The notes under the pieces are model-generated. The model did not search any database. It saw only the letters and a program-made list of their open reading frames with translations, and was not told the origin of the DNA. From an uncultured Bacilli bacterium (GTDB taxonomy: Bacteria > Bacillota_I > Bacilli_A > RF39 > UBA660): a DNA stretch of 64,000 nucleotides. Shown here in pieces: positions 1-8,295 of this stretch. The DNA lies in the NCBI GenBank assembly GCA_934148845.1, contig CAKPDH010000001.1, positions 22,586 through 86,585 of the forward strand, given 5' to 3'. Position 1 is the first letter of the stretch. Each line of letters begins with the position of its first letter. Made by a program: the position numbers and the translations under genes.

Positions 1-330
1 ACAAATTCATTCCATGTTCCAGTATATTATAATACCTCTATAAAACATAAGTTGGAAGTTGAAGCTCCATATCATGCTTTAACAAACGGTGGACATATAT
101 CATATATTGAATTTGATGGCAATACTGCTATGAATGTTGATGCTTTTATGAGCGTTATTAGAATGATGAAAGAACTTGGAATTGGGTATGGTGCTATTAA
201 TCATCCAGTAGATAGAGATCCTGTATGTGGATATGTTGGAGTTATTGGTGATGTTTGTCCAGGATGCGGACGTAGAGAATTTGATGCTATACCATTAGAA
301 GAGCTAAAAAATAGAAATTGTGGATGTTAG
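1..330 (+). CDS. nrdD: Anaerobic (class III) ribonucleoside-triphosphate reductase, C-terminal portion; 5' end outside window
   Basis: Frame 1 is open from nt 1 (TNSFHVPVYYNTS...). The tail INHPVDRDPVCGYVGVIGDVCPGCG is the Cys-rich Zn-ribbon region that precedes the glycyl-radical motif in NrdD. nrdG follows. The ORF stops at TAG 328-330, before any glycyl-radical motif. Confidence 0.75.
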   Translation, partial: TNSFHVPVYYNTSIKHKLEVEAPYHALTNGGHISYIEFDGNTAMNVDAFMSVIRMMKELGIGYGAINHPVDRDPVCGYVGVIGDVCPGCGRREFDAIPLEELKNRNCGC

Positions 331-340
331 GAGGAATAAA

Positions 341-517
341 ATGGAAAAGATGGTAGGAGAAGGCGTAGGCTTCGAAAGAATTAGAAGAGTAACTGGTTAT
401 TTAAGTGGAGATGTAAAACGCTTTAATAACGGAAAACGTGCAGAAGAAAAAGACCGTGTAAAACATACTGGAATAAAAGAAGTACTATCTAGTTGTAAAA
501 CAAAAGATGAAAATTAG
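341..517 (+). CDS. Separate small ORF carrying the NrdD glycyl-radical motif (58 aa)
   Basis: MEKMVGEGVGFERIRRVTGYLSGDVKRFNNGKRAEEKDRVKH matches the NrdD C-terminal signature RRxxGYL...FNxGKxxExxxRxxH. ATG 341 lies 7 nt after AGGAGGA (328-334). It is in the +1 frame relative to the nrdD body. It could instead be the 3' part of a frameshifted nrdD. Confidence 0.6.
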   Translation: MEKMVGEGVGFERIRRVTGYLSGDVKRFNNGKRAEEKDRVKHTGIKEVLSSCKTKDEN

Positions 518-1046
518 ACTTGCAGCTGATCTTCAACCTGACAGTATAGTGGATGGAATAGGAATAAGAACAGTTATATGGACTCAGGGATGTTCACATA
601 ATTGTAAATACTGCCATAACCCATCAACACATGATTTTAAAGGTGGAGAATTAGTCGATGTTGAAGATGTTATTATGAAAATATCTAGTATAAAAGGACA
701 GGATGGAATTACTTTTTCTGGTGGTGACCCTATGTTTCAACCTGCGCAATGTGCGTTTATAGCACGTATATCAAAAAAATTAGGTTTAAATATATGGGCT
801 TATACAGGTTTTACATATGAACAGTTAATTAATAGTAAAAATAAAGACATAATGGATTTTTTAAATAATATTGATGTATTAATAGATGGTAAATTTGAAA
901 TAGATAAAAAAAGTTTAGATTTAGAATTTAGAGGATCTAGTAATCAAAGAATAATTGATGTAAAAAAGTCTTTAGAAGAAAATAAAGTTATTTTATATAA
1001 TTTAAAAAGTAAAAAAGAAGACTTAAGAGAAGCTATTTATATATAG
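507..1046 (+). CDS. nrdG: Anaerobic ribonucleotide reductase activating protein (radical SAM)
   Basis: GIRTVIWTQGCSHNCKYCHNPSTH contains the CxxxCxxC radical-SAM cluster in the NrdG-type context. GGDP motif present. Position immediately after nrdD. Confidence 0.9.
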   Translation: MKIRLAADLQPDSIVDGIGIRTVIWTQGCSHNCKYCHNPSTHDFKGGELVDVEDVIMKISSIKGQDGITFSGGDPMFQPAQCAFIARISKKLGLNIWAYTGFTYEQLINSKNKDIMDFLNNIDVLIDGKFEIDKKSLDLEFRGSSNQRIIDVKKSLEENKVILYNLKSKKEDLREAIYI

Positions 1047-1057
1047 TTTCTTTTAAT

Positions 1058-1085
1058 TTGACAAAATAAAAAAATAAAGTATAAT
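1058..1085 (+). promoter_or_regulatory. Sigma-A-type promoter (TTGACA-16 nt-TATAAT)
   Basis: Perfect -35 TTGACA at 1058-1063 and perfect -10 TATAAT at 1080-1085, upstream of the AbrB-like gene. Confidence 0.5.
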
Positions 1086-1121
1086 ATCTACTTGGTGATT
1101 GAAATGTTTGGAGAAAAAGAT

Positions 1122-1496
1122 ATGTATGGAACATATACTATAAAAGTAGATAAAGGAAATAGGATTTGTATTCCAGCAAAAACTAAGGCAGAACCTGGAG
1201 AAGAATTTGTATTATCTGAAAGTAAGCTTATTGAAGGTGGAATAGATATACGTTCTATAGAAAATTTTAGCAAAGTATATATGAATTTTTTAGATGCAGA
1301 AATGAAAGCAGATAATGAAGAACAAATAAAAAAGATAAGAAAAGAAAAAGTTGAACTTTTAAGATCTGTAAGAAAAGTAGTTACAGCAGATGAAAATAGA
1401 AGAATTGTAGTAAGTGGTATATTTGAATCAGGAAATATTGATTTTCTTTGCTCTAAAGATTATGCAATATTAACAAAAAGTAAAGTTAAGAAATAA
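1122..1496 (+). CDS. Small protein with N-terminal AbrB/SpoVT/MraZ-like swapped-hairpin motif; putative DNA-binding regulator
   Basis: KVDKGNRICIPAKTK resembles the VDxxGRxxIPxxxR motif of AbrB/MazE/MraZ domains. ATG 1122 lies 8 nt after GGAG. The TTG at 1092 in the track would sit at or before the predicted transcript start. Confidence 0.45.
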   Translation: MYGTYTIKVDKGNRICIPAKTKAEPGEEFVLSESKLIEGGIDIRSIENFSKVYMNFLDAEMKADNEEQIKKIRKEKVELLRSVRKVVTADENRRIVVSGIFESGNIDFLCSKDYAILTKSKVKK

Positions 1497-1552
1497 TTAG
1501 TTTTATTTCTTTTAATTATGTGCTAAAATTATTATTGAAAAGGGTTGATTAT

Positions 1553-2023
1553 ATGATTAAAAATAGAAAAGATGTACTTTTTTTTGGGATAATATTTTTT
1601 ATTATAGATCAAAGTTTAAAATTAATTGTTAGTAAAAATATTATATTAGATAGTGGCTTTGAAATAATTAAGGATGTATTAAATATACATTTAGTGTATA
1701 ATACAGGTGCAGCGTTTAGTATACTTAGTGGAAATAGATTACTTTTAATTGCTATTTCTGTTTTAGCATTAATATTTTTTATTGTATTTTTATTTAATCA
1801 AAATAATGTTAAAGACTTAGAAGTATTTACATATTCTATGTTACTTGGAGGAATATTAGGTAATTTATTTGATAGAATATTTAGAGGATATGTGATAGAT
1901 TTTATTAGTTTTAAAATATTTGGATATTCATTTCCAATATTTAATTTTGCAGATATATGCATAGTTTTATCTTTAATAATATTAATTATAGAAAATTTAA
2001 AAGGAGATTTATGGAAAGAATAG
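1553..2023 (+). CDS. lspA: Lipoprotein signal peptidase (signal peptidase II)
   Basis: VYNTGAAFS and FNFADICIV motifs, four TM segments, size about 155 aa. ATG 1553 preferred over the upstream GTG. Confidence 0.85.
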   Translation: MIKNRKDVLFFGIIFFIIDQSLKLIVSKNIILDSGFEIIKDVLNIHLVYNTGAAFSILSGNRLLLIAISVLALIFFIVFLFNQNNVKDLEVFTYSMLLGGILGNLFDRIFRGYVIDFISFKIFGYSFPIFNFADICIVLSLIILIIENLKGDLWKE

Positions 2024-2907
2024 AAGTATTAGAGTCTAATATTCGTATAGATATATATTTAAGTCAAAGACTTGAATATAGTAGAAGCAAAATAGCTAAA
2101 ATGATTAAAGATGGTTTGATTTTAGTAAATGGCAAGAAAGTTAAAAATAGTTATATTTTAAATGTAAATGATAAACTAGAAATAGAAGAAGATGAAGTAA
2201 TAGAATCAGATATAGAACCCGAAGATATTAAACTTGATATTATTTATTCAGATGATGATGTTTTAGTTGTAAATAAGCCTAATGGTATGGTAGTTCATCC
2301 AGCTGTTGGTAATAATCATGGAACACTCGTAAATGCACTTTTATATCATTCGAAAAATTTAAGCACAGTAAATGGCTCTTTTAGGCCTGGTATTGTTCAT
2401 AGAATAGATGCATATACAACAGGGCTTCTTGTAGTTGCTAAAAATAATATAGCGCATGAAAAATTAGCTAAAGAGTTAAGCCTAAAAAAGACTAAGAGAA
2501 AATATATAGCCTTGGTATGGGGTGTTATAAAAGAGGATACTGCTACTATAGATGCACCAATAGGAAGAGATCCACTAGATAGAAAAAAAATGGCAGTAAC
2601 AAATATCAATAGTAGAGAAGCTATAACACATTTAAAAGTATTAAAAAGATTTAAGGATGCAACTTTAGTAGAATTACAACTTGAAACAGGAAGAACGCAT
2701 CAAATAAGAGTACATATGAATTATATAGGACATCCTATTGTTAATGATCCTGTATATGGTAAAAGAAAGCTTATTGATACAACAGGGCAATGTTTACATG
2801 CAAAAACAATTGGATTTACGCATCCAACGTTAAATAAGTATATGGAATTTTCTTGTGATATTCCTGATTGCTTCAAAAATATTTTAAAAAAATTCGAAGA
2901 AGAGTAA
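2011..2907 (+). CDS. rluD: 23S rRNA pseudouridine synthase, RluA/RluD family, with S4 domain
   Basis: HRIDAYTTGLLVVAKN catalytic Asp motif and GRTHQIRVH motif. N-terminal S4-like region. ATG 2011 after AAGGAG. Classic lspA-rluD pairing. Confidence 0.85.
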   Translation: MERIEVLESNIRIDIYLSQRLEYSRSKIAKMIKDGLILVNGKKVKNSYILNVNDKLEIEEDEVIESDIEPEDIKLDIIYSDDDVLVVNKPNGMVVHPAVGNNHGTLVNALLYHSKNLSTVNGSFRPGIVHRIDAYTTGLLVVAKNNIAHEKLAKELSLKKTKRKYIALVWGVIKEDTATIDAPIGRDPLDRKKMAVTNINSREAITHLKVLKRFKDATLVELQLETGRTHQIRVHMNYIGHPIVNDPVYGKRKLIDTTGQCLHAKTIGFTHPTLNKYMEFSCDIPDCFKNILKKFEEE

Positions 2908-2916
2908 TCTCTTCTT

Positions 2917-3132
2917 TTAATATGGTCTATAATATCCTGGATAAGGATAATAGTAATTATTTGGATAATAATAATTGTTAGAATAATATGGCTTATTATA
3001 GCCCCCACCATAAAAGAAAGGTGCAACAAGCCCACCAGTTACGCCACCTAGTAAAAATGGTCCTAAAAATCCACCTGCAATTCTTGAATCATTTGAATTA
3101 AAATTACTTGGAATTTGATTATAGTTATACAT
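2917..3132 (-). CDS. Small Gly/Tyr/Asn/Pro-rich protein (71 aa), unknown function
   Basis: On the minus strand, AAAGGAG lies 7 nt upstream of the ATG. Central glycine-zipper-like hydrophobic stretch GGFLGPFLLGGVTGGLVAPFFYGGG. C-terminal YYSNNYYYPNNYYYPYPGYYRPY. Confidence 0.5.
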   Translation of the reverse strand: MYNYNQIPSNFNSNDSRIAGGFLGPFLLGGVTGGLVAPFFYGGGYNKPYYSNNYYYPNNYYYPYPGYYRPY

Positions 3133-3183
3133 AATAATCTCCTTTCATGATATAATATGTAAGGAAGGAAAATAGGTGATAAA

Positions 3184-4281
3184 GTGGACTTAAGAATAAA
3201 ACAATTAAGTGATACTATTGTAAATTATTCTATAAAAGTAAAGAAAAATGATAGAGTATTAATACAATATGAAAGTGTATCTTGTAATCCATTAGTTAAA
3301 TGTTTAATTAATGATATTTACAAAAATGGTGGTATACCATTTACAAAGTTAATAGATTCAGAACTATCTTCATTAATACTTATGGGCGCAAATAGTAATA
3401 CTATAGATGAAATGGTAAAATTAAAAGAATATGAAGTAAATAATTTTGATTGTTATATTAGAATTTGCTATACAGAAAATGAGTATGAAGATTCAAAAAT
3501 TAACAAGGATATAAGAAGAGAATTAGGTAAAAAAAGCGAAAAATTAGATGATATTAGAATTAATAAAAGAAGGTGGGTATTATTAAATTATCCATCACAA
3601 ATAGATGCATATAAGGCTAAAATGAGATATGATGATTTTTATAATTATGCTCTTGATGTTATGAATGTAAATTACAAGTCTTTATCTGAATATATAGAAC
3701 CATTAAAAGCTTTAATGGAAAAAACAGATAAAGTAAGAATACTTGGTCCAAATACGGATTTAAAATTTAGTATTAAAGGAATGCCTGCAATACCTTGTTG
3801 TGGTACTTGCAATATACCAGATGGTGAACTTTACACAGCCCCAGTAAAGGATTCTGTAAATGGTATTATTACATATAATACTAAAAGTCCATATAATGGT
3901 AATGTGTTTAATAATATAAGTTTGGAATTTAAGAATGGAAAAATAATTAAAGCAACCACAACAGAACATAATGAATTATTAAATGAAATATTTGATACAG
4001 ATGAAGGAGCTAGATATGTAGGTGAGTTTTCTTTAGGATTTAATCCTAAAATAACAAGTCCGATGGGTGATATATTATATGATGAAAAAATAATGGGAAG
4101 TATTCATTTTACACCTGGTAGATGCTATGAGGATTGTAATAATGGTAATGTATCTAGTATTCATTGGGATTTAGTTCTTATTCAAACGTTAGAGTATGGC
4201 GGTGGAGAAATATATTTTGATGATGTTTTAATAAGAAAAGATGGAAAGTTTGTATTAGAAGAGTTAAAAAATTTAAATTAG
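3184..4281 (+). CDS. Aminopeptidase, M29 (AmpS/PepS, thermophilic metalloprotease) family
   Basis: Length 365 aa. N-terminal LSDTIVNYSIKVKKNDRVLI and the GELYTAPV, GSIHFTPG blocks are typical of M29 aminopeptidases. GTG start after AGGAAGGAAAATAGGTGA. Confidence 0.7.
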   Translation: MDLRIKQLSDTIVNYSIKVKKNDRVLIQYESVSCNPLVKCLINDIYKNGGIPFTKLIDSELSSLILMGANSNTIDEMVKLKEYEVNNFDCYIRICYTENEYEDSKINKDIRRELGKKSEKLDDIRINKRRWVLLNYPSQIDAYKAKMRYDDFYNYALDVMNVNYKSLSEYIEPLKALMEKTDKVRILGPNTDLKFSIKGMPAIPCCGTCNIPDGELYTAPVKDSVNGIITYNTKSPYNGNVFNNISLEFKNGKIIKATTTEHNELLNEIFDTDEGARYVGEFSLGFNPKITSPMGDILYDEKIMGSIHFTPGRCYEDCNNGNVSSIHWDLVLIQTLEYGGGEIYFDDVLIRKDGKFVLEELKNLN

Positions 4282-4323
4282 GAAATAAATAATAACTAAA
4301 ACATATAATTTTATAGGTGATTT

Positions 4324-5163
4324 ATGAAAAAGATATTTCAAATGATTGGCCTAGTTGTATTAACATGTTTTAGTTTTTTTATTACAGAAAAAACTACTAA
4401 TGTAGTAAATAATATGGATTCTATTATGATAGAAATAAAATCAAATAAAGATAAGTATAGAATAGAGTATGTGGATGCTAGTATTTCTAATAATAAAATA
4501 ATACCTGGAATAATGGGTAGAGAAGTAAATATTAATAAAAGTTATAAAAATATGAAACAAAACGGATATTATAGTGATAAATTATATGTATATAATTATA
4601 CTAAACCTAAAATAAGTTTAGATTCAAATAAAGATAAATATATAATAAAAGGAAATCCTAAAAAGAGAATGGTAAGCTTAATATTTAAAGTAGACTCAAA
4701 TACTTTTATAGATGACATAATATCTATATTAGATAATTATAATATAAAAGCAACATTTTTTATTAGTTATGATTATTTGATTAATAATGATGATAGGGTC
4801 ATTAATATAATAAAGGATGGACATAATGTGTCTCCACTTTTAGATGATTATAGTATTTCTAATTATGAATGGATGAATATGGTAATAAAAAAGGTTAATA
4901 AAGAAAAGCATGGATTTTGTTATAATGTTAATTATAATGATAGTAATTTAAATGAATGTGCACTTAAAAATAACTATACTATTGTTCCTGTAGAAATAAG
5001 TGAAAAAAATCCTTTTTCAGATGTTAAAGACAAGATAGAACCTGGATCACTTCTTTCATTTAATATTAATTCTTCACTAAAAAAAGAATTGTCTACTATA
5101 ATAATATATATTAGATCGAAAGGATATAATATAGCTAATTTAGAAGAAAATGTTATAGAATAA
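4324..5163 (+). CDS. Membrane-anchored polysaccharide-deacetylase-like protein with degenerate catalytic motifs
   Basis: N-terminal TM segment. The block MVSLIFKVDSNT...NIKATFFI...GHNVSPL aligns to the NodB motifs TFDDG / ATFF / GHEIGxH, but the Asp-Asp and second His are missing. Confidence 0.4.
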   Translation: MKKIFQMIGLVVLTCFSFFITEKTTNVVNNMDSIMIEIKSNKDKYRIEYVDASISNNKIIPGIMGREVNINKSYKNMKQNGYYSDKLYVYNYTKPKISLDSNKDKYIIKGNPKKRMVSLIFKVDSNTFIDDIISILDNYNIKATFFISYDYLINNDDRVINIIKDGHNVSPLLDDYSISNYEWMNMVIKKVNKEKHGFCYNVNYNDSNLNECALKNNYTIVPVEISEKNPFSDVKDKIEPGSLLSFNINSSLKKELSTIIIYIRSKGYNIANLEENVIE

Positions 5164-5199
5164 AAGATTGGAACTATTTAACTAAAGTTCCAATCTTTT
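5162..5199. terminator. 13-bp perfect inverted repeat between convergent genes (bidirectional terminator candidate)
   Basis: AAAAGATTGGAAC (5162-5174) and GTTCCAATCTTTT (5187-5199) with a 12-nt loop. The right arm overlaps the last codons of pyrH. Confidence 0.55.
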
Positions 5200-5869
5200 C
5201 ACCACTTATAGCTTTTAACAAGTTACCTTTTTTATTAACATTAAATACTAATATCGGAATATTATTGTCCATACATAATGAAGTAGCAGTAGAATCCATA
5301 ACATTTAATTTATTATTTAAAACATCTAAGTATGATATTTCTGAGTACATAGTAGCATTTTCATTTAGCTTAGGATCACTTGTATATATTCCATCTACAT
5401 TTGTAGCTTTTAAAATTATATCAGCATTAATCTCGGCTGCTCTTAGGGCTGCTGCTGTATCAGTTGAGAAAAAAGGCTTACCAGTCCCACAACCAAAAAT
5501 AACTATTCTATCTTTTTCTAAATGCCTTATGGCTCTATTTCTAATATAAAATTCTGCAATTTCTCGCATTTCAATTCCTGTTTGTACTCTTGACTCTATA
5601 TTTAATTGTGTAAATCCAGAATTAAGAGCTAAAGCATTCATTGTAGTAGCAAGCATACCAATGTGATCTGAAATACAAGAATCCATATTTTTATGAGTTC
5701 TTCCTCTCCAAATATTTCCACCGCCAACAACGATTGCAATTTCGACGCCTAATTTTTTGCATTCTTTGATTTCTTCACATATTTTTAAAACTGAATCAAA
5801 ATCAATACCTTTATTATCAAGTGAAAGTACTTCACCACTTAATTTAAGTAAAACTCTTTTATATTTCAT
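5174..5869 (-). CDS. pyrH: UMP kinase
   Basis: [23 protein letters not shown] and [11 protein letters not shown] motifs. Start taken at the Met preceded by GGAGG on the minus strand. Confidence 0.9.
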   Translation of the reverse strand: MKYKRVLLKLSGEVLSLDNKGIDFDSVLKICEEIKECKKLGVEIAIVVGGGNIWRGRTHKNMDSCISDHIGMLATTMNALALNSGFTQLNIESRVQTGIEMREIAEFYIRNRAIRHLEKDRIVIFGCGTGKPFFSTDTAAALRAAEINADIILKATNVDGIYTSDPKLNENATMYSEISYLDVLNNKLNVMDSTATSLCMDNNIPILVFNVNKKGNLLKAISGEKIGTLVK

Positions 5870-5961
5870 AAATACCTCCAATTTTATTTTATCAAAAAAA
5901 GTTATTTCAAACAATATCTAACTAAATTAAGACGTAAAATATAAAAAATAATTTAATAATA

Positions 5962-5990
5962 TTGACATAATTATTAAGTTGTGTTAGTAT
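5962..5990 (+). promoter_or_regulatory. Promoter for secE-nusG (TTGACA-17 nt-TGtTAGTAT, extended -10)
   Basis: TTGACA at 5962-5967, 17-nt spacer ending in TGT, -10 TAGTAT at 5985-5990. Confidence 0.5.
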
Positions 5991-6041
5991 TTAATTAGAC
6001 ACAGACGGTGTTTTTATTTTAAATAAATAGAAGGTGTATAT

Positions 6042-6221
6042 ATGAAAAGTATTGCAAGATTCTTTGTAAGTGTAAAAAAAGAAATGAAAAAAGTTAGATG
6101 GCCTAAAAAGAAAGAAATGATTACATTTTCTTTCGCAACTATATTAATTATTGGATTCTTTATGGTATATTTTTCTTGTATAGATGGTATACTTAGTGCG
6201 ATTGTGAAGGTGTTTAGTTAA
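6042..6221 (+). CDS. secE: Preprotein translocase subunit SecE (59 aa; absent from ORF track)
   Basis: Own translation: MKSIARFFVSVKKEMKKVRWPKKKEMITFSFATILIIGFFMVYFSCIDGILSAIVKVFS. It has the KxVxWP(S/T/K)xKE motif and a single TM. RBS GAAGGTG. The TAA overlaps the nusG ATG (TAATG). Confidence 0.85.
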   Translation: MKSIARFFVSVKKEMKKVRWPKKKEMITFSFATILIIGFFMVYFSCIDGILSAIVKVFS

Positions 6222-6754
6222 TGGAAAAAGAATGGTATGTTGTTAATACTTATTCAGGTCATGAGAATAAGGTAAAAGAAAAACTAGAAATGAGAGCCTC
6301 ATCCATGGGAATGGAAGACTATATCTTTCGTGTAGTTGTACCGTCACAAAAAGAAATAGTTGTAAAAAATGGCAAAGAAACAGAAAAAGATTCTAAAATG
6401 TTCCCAGGATATATTTTAGTTGAAATGATTATGACTGATGAAGCTTGGTTTGTTGTTCGTAATACTCCAGGTGTTACTGGATTTATAGGTTCAAGTGGTA
6501 AAGGAGCAAAACCATTCCCACTTACAAAAATGGAAGTTGATAAAATCCTTGGAAATATGGGAATGAGCAGAATTGATGTAGTTAATGAAATTAACGAAGG
6601 AGATACTGTTAAGGTAATAAGTGGTGCTTTTGCAAATATGTTTGGTAAAGTTAAACAAATTGATATGGCTAATCAAAAGATAGAAGTAGCGCTTGATTTA
6701 TTTGGACAAGAAACTATTGTTGAAGTATTATTTAATGAAATAGAAAAAGCATAA
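6221..6754 (+). CDS. nusG: Transcription termination/antitermination factor NusG
   Basis: WYVVNTYSGHENKV, FPGYILVEM and a KOW region (GDTVKVISGAFANMFGKV). Confidence 0.95.
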   Translation: MEKEWYVVNTYSGHENKVKEKLEMRASSMGMEDYIFRVVVPSQKEIVVKNGKETEKDSKMFPGYILVEMIMTDEAWFVVRNTPGVTGFIGSSGKGAKPFPLTKMEVDKILGNMGMSRIDVVNEINEGDTVKVISGAFANMFGKVKQIDMANQKIEVALDLFGQETIVEVLFNEIEKA

Positions 6755-6771
6755 TTAATAATATAGTAAAG

Positions 6772-6799
6772 AAAGACTATCATAAATTGTCTTTTTTTT
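6772..6799 (+). terminator. Rho-independent terminator candidate after nusG
   Basis: AAAGAC...GTCTTT stem followed by T8. Confidence 0.5.
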
Positions 6800-6821
6800 G
6801 TATAATTAATATGGTGAATTT

Positions 6822-8015
6822 ATGAAATTAAAGAATATAATTAAGTTTATAGTAATATTTATATTAATTATGCTTATTTTAATAATATCTTATAATATTT
6901 ATGAGAATTATAAAATAAAACATGCAAAGATACTAGTGGAACTTAATTCAGAATTAACTATACCATATAAAAGTGATGTGAAAGTATCGGATTTTATTAA
7001 AAGTATAAATGGAAAATATGATGATTTTAAAATTGATACTAGTAGTCTTGGAGTTAAAGAAATAAATCTTTCATACATTAATGATGATTCTATAAAAGTA
7101 TCATATAAATTTAATATTGAGGTTAAAGATGTAACCCCACCGTTTATAATGCTTTCAGATAATTATAGTGTTTATGTAAATAGTCCAGATACTCTTATAG
7201 ATGATATATTATGTGGTGATGATTTAACAGATGAGCCAAAATGTATAATAGAAGGATATTATGACCTAAATACTATTAGTAGTTATCCATTATCTTTTAT
7301 TGCGACTGATAATTATAATAATAAAACAGTAAAAAAATTTAATCTATTAGTAAAGCAAAAAGAAAATAAAAAAACTTATAATAATACTTATACTGATTTT
7401 AATGATGTATATAAAATACATAAAACTGATAAAACTAAGATAGGACTTGATATATCCAAATATCAGGGTAATATAGATTTTAATAAAATTAAATCTTTAG
7501 GAGTGTCTTTTGTTATGATTAGAGTTGGTACTAGAGATATTAATAATAATTTTGTATTAGATCCTAAATTTAAACAAAATATAGAAGGAGCTTTATCTGC
7601 CTCGTTAGATGTTGGTATATATTTTTATTCATATGCAAGCAACTTAGAAGAGGCAAGAGAAGATGCAAGATGGGTTATAAAAAATATAGAAGGTTATAAG
7701 ATAACATTACCTGTTGCATTTGACTGGGAAGATTTTAAATCGTTTAATAGTTATAAAGTAAGTTTTAATAAACTAACAAATATAGCTTATGCATATTTAG
7801 ATGAGCTTAAAACAAACGGATATGATGCTATGCTTTATGGTAGCAAGTATTATTTAGAATATATATGGCAAAATGATAAATATGATACTTGGCTTGCTCA
7901 TTATATAGATAAAACTACATATAAAGGAAAATATAAAATGTGGCAAATGTGTTCTAATGGTAAAATAGATGGAATAGATGGTTATGTAGACATAGATATT
8001 TTATATGAAAATTAA
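6822..8015 (+). CDS. Membrane-anchored GH25 muramidase (lysozyme) with N-terminal Ig-like (DUF5011-like) region
   Basis: N-terminal TM. DVTPPFI motif. GH25 blocks GLDISKYQGNIDFNKIKSLGVSFVMIRVG, DVGIYFYSYA, VAFDWE. Confidence 0.8.
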   Translation: MKLKNIIKFIVIFILIMLILIISYNIYENYKIKHAKILVELNSELTIPYKSDVKVSDFIKSINGKYDDFKIDTSSLGVKEINLSYINDDSIKVSYKFNIEVKDVTPPFIMLSDNYSVYVNSPDTLIDDILCGDDLTDEPKCIIEGYYDLNTISSYPLSFIATDNYNNKTVKKFNLLVKQKENKKTYNNTYTDFNDVYKIHKTDKTKIGLDISKYQGNIDFNKIKSLGVSFVMIRVGTRDINNNFVLDPKFKQNIEGALSASLDVGIYFYSYASNLEEAREDARWVIKNIEGYKITLPVAFDWEDFKSFNSYKVSFNKLTNIAYAYLDELKTNGYDAMLYGSKYYLEYIWQNDKYDTWLAHYIDKTTYKGKYKMWQMCSNGKIDGIDGYVDIDILYEN

Positions 8016-8025
8016 GGAGAATAAA

Positions 8026-8295
8026 ATGAAAAAATTAAAAATGATATTTATTACTATAGTACTTTTGTTAGCTTTTAACGTAAACACTGTGTTTGGCGTA
8101 GAAAATAATAAAAAGGAAATAATTTCAGAACAGGATATTAGGCAAGTTATATCTATAGAAGATAATTATAGTACGAAGATGGATAAAAAAACATTAATTA
8201 TAAAAATATCTTTAACGGTATTAGTTATATTAATAGTAACAATTATACTTATTTTTCTAAATAAGAAAAAAAATAAAAAAGTGTTTACAAAATAA
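8026..8295 (+). CDS. Small secreted/membrane protein (signal peptide plus C-terminal TM anchor), unknown function
   Basis: ATG 8026 after AAGGAGAA. N-terminal signal-like helix, C-terminal TM helix followed by a KKKNKK stop-transfer. Confidence 0.4.
   Translation: MKKLKMIFITIVLLLAFNVNTVFGVENNKKEIISEQDIRQVISIEDNYSTKMDKKTLIIKISLTVLVILIVTIILIFLNKKKNKKVFTK

Noticed and set aside
320-340. GTG 320 as the start of the small glycyl-radical ORF, as drawn in the track.
   Set aside because: ATG 341 has an AGGAGGA 7 nt upstream. GTG 320 lies inside nrdD and has no SD. Alternatively the whole ORF is the shifted continuation of nrdD.
2721-3035. 104-aa minus-strand ORF overlapping the 3' end of rluD and the Tyr-rich gene.
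   Set aside because: It overlaps the conserved rluD coding region and is out of frame with the RBS-equipped 71-aa ORF. The Ile-rich translation looks like an AT-rich artefact.
5174-5869. An isolated minus-strand pyrH as a possible sign of a horizontally acquired second copy.
   Set aside because: The sequence is a fully canonical UMP kinase with local codon and AT composition. Without the rest of the genome, copy number cannot be judged. It is noted only under the general synteny finding.
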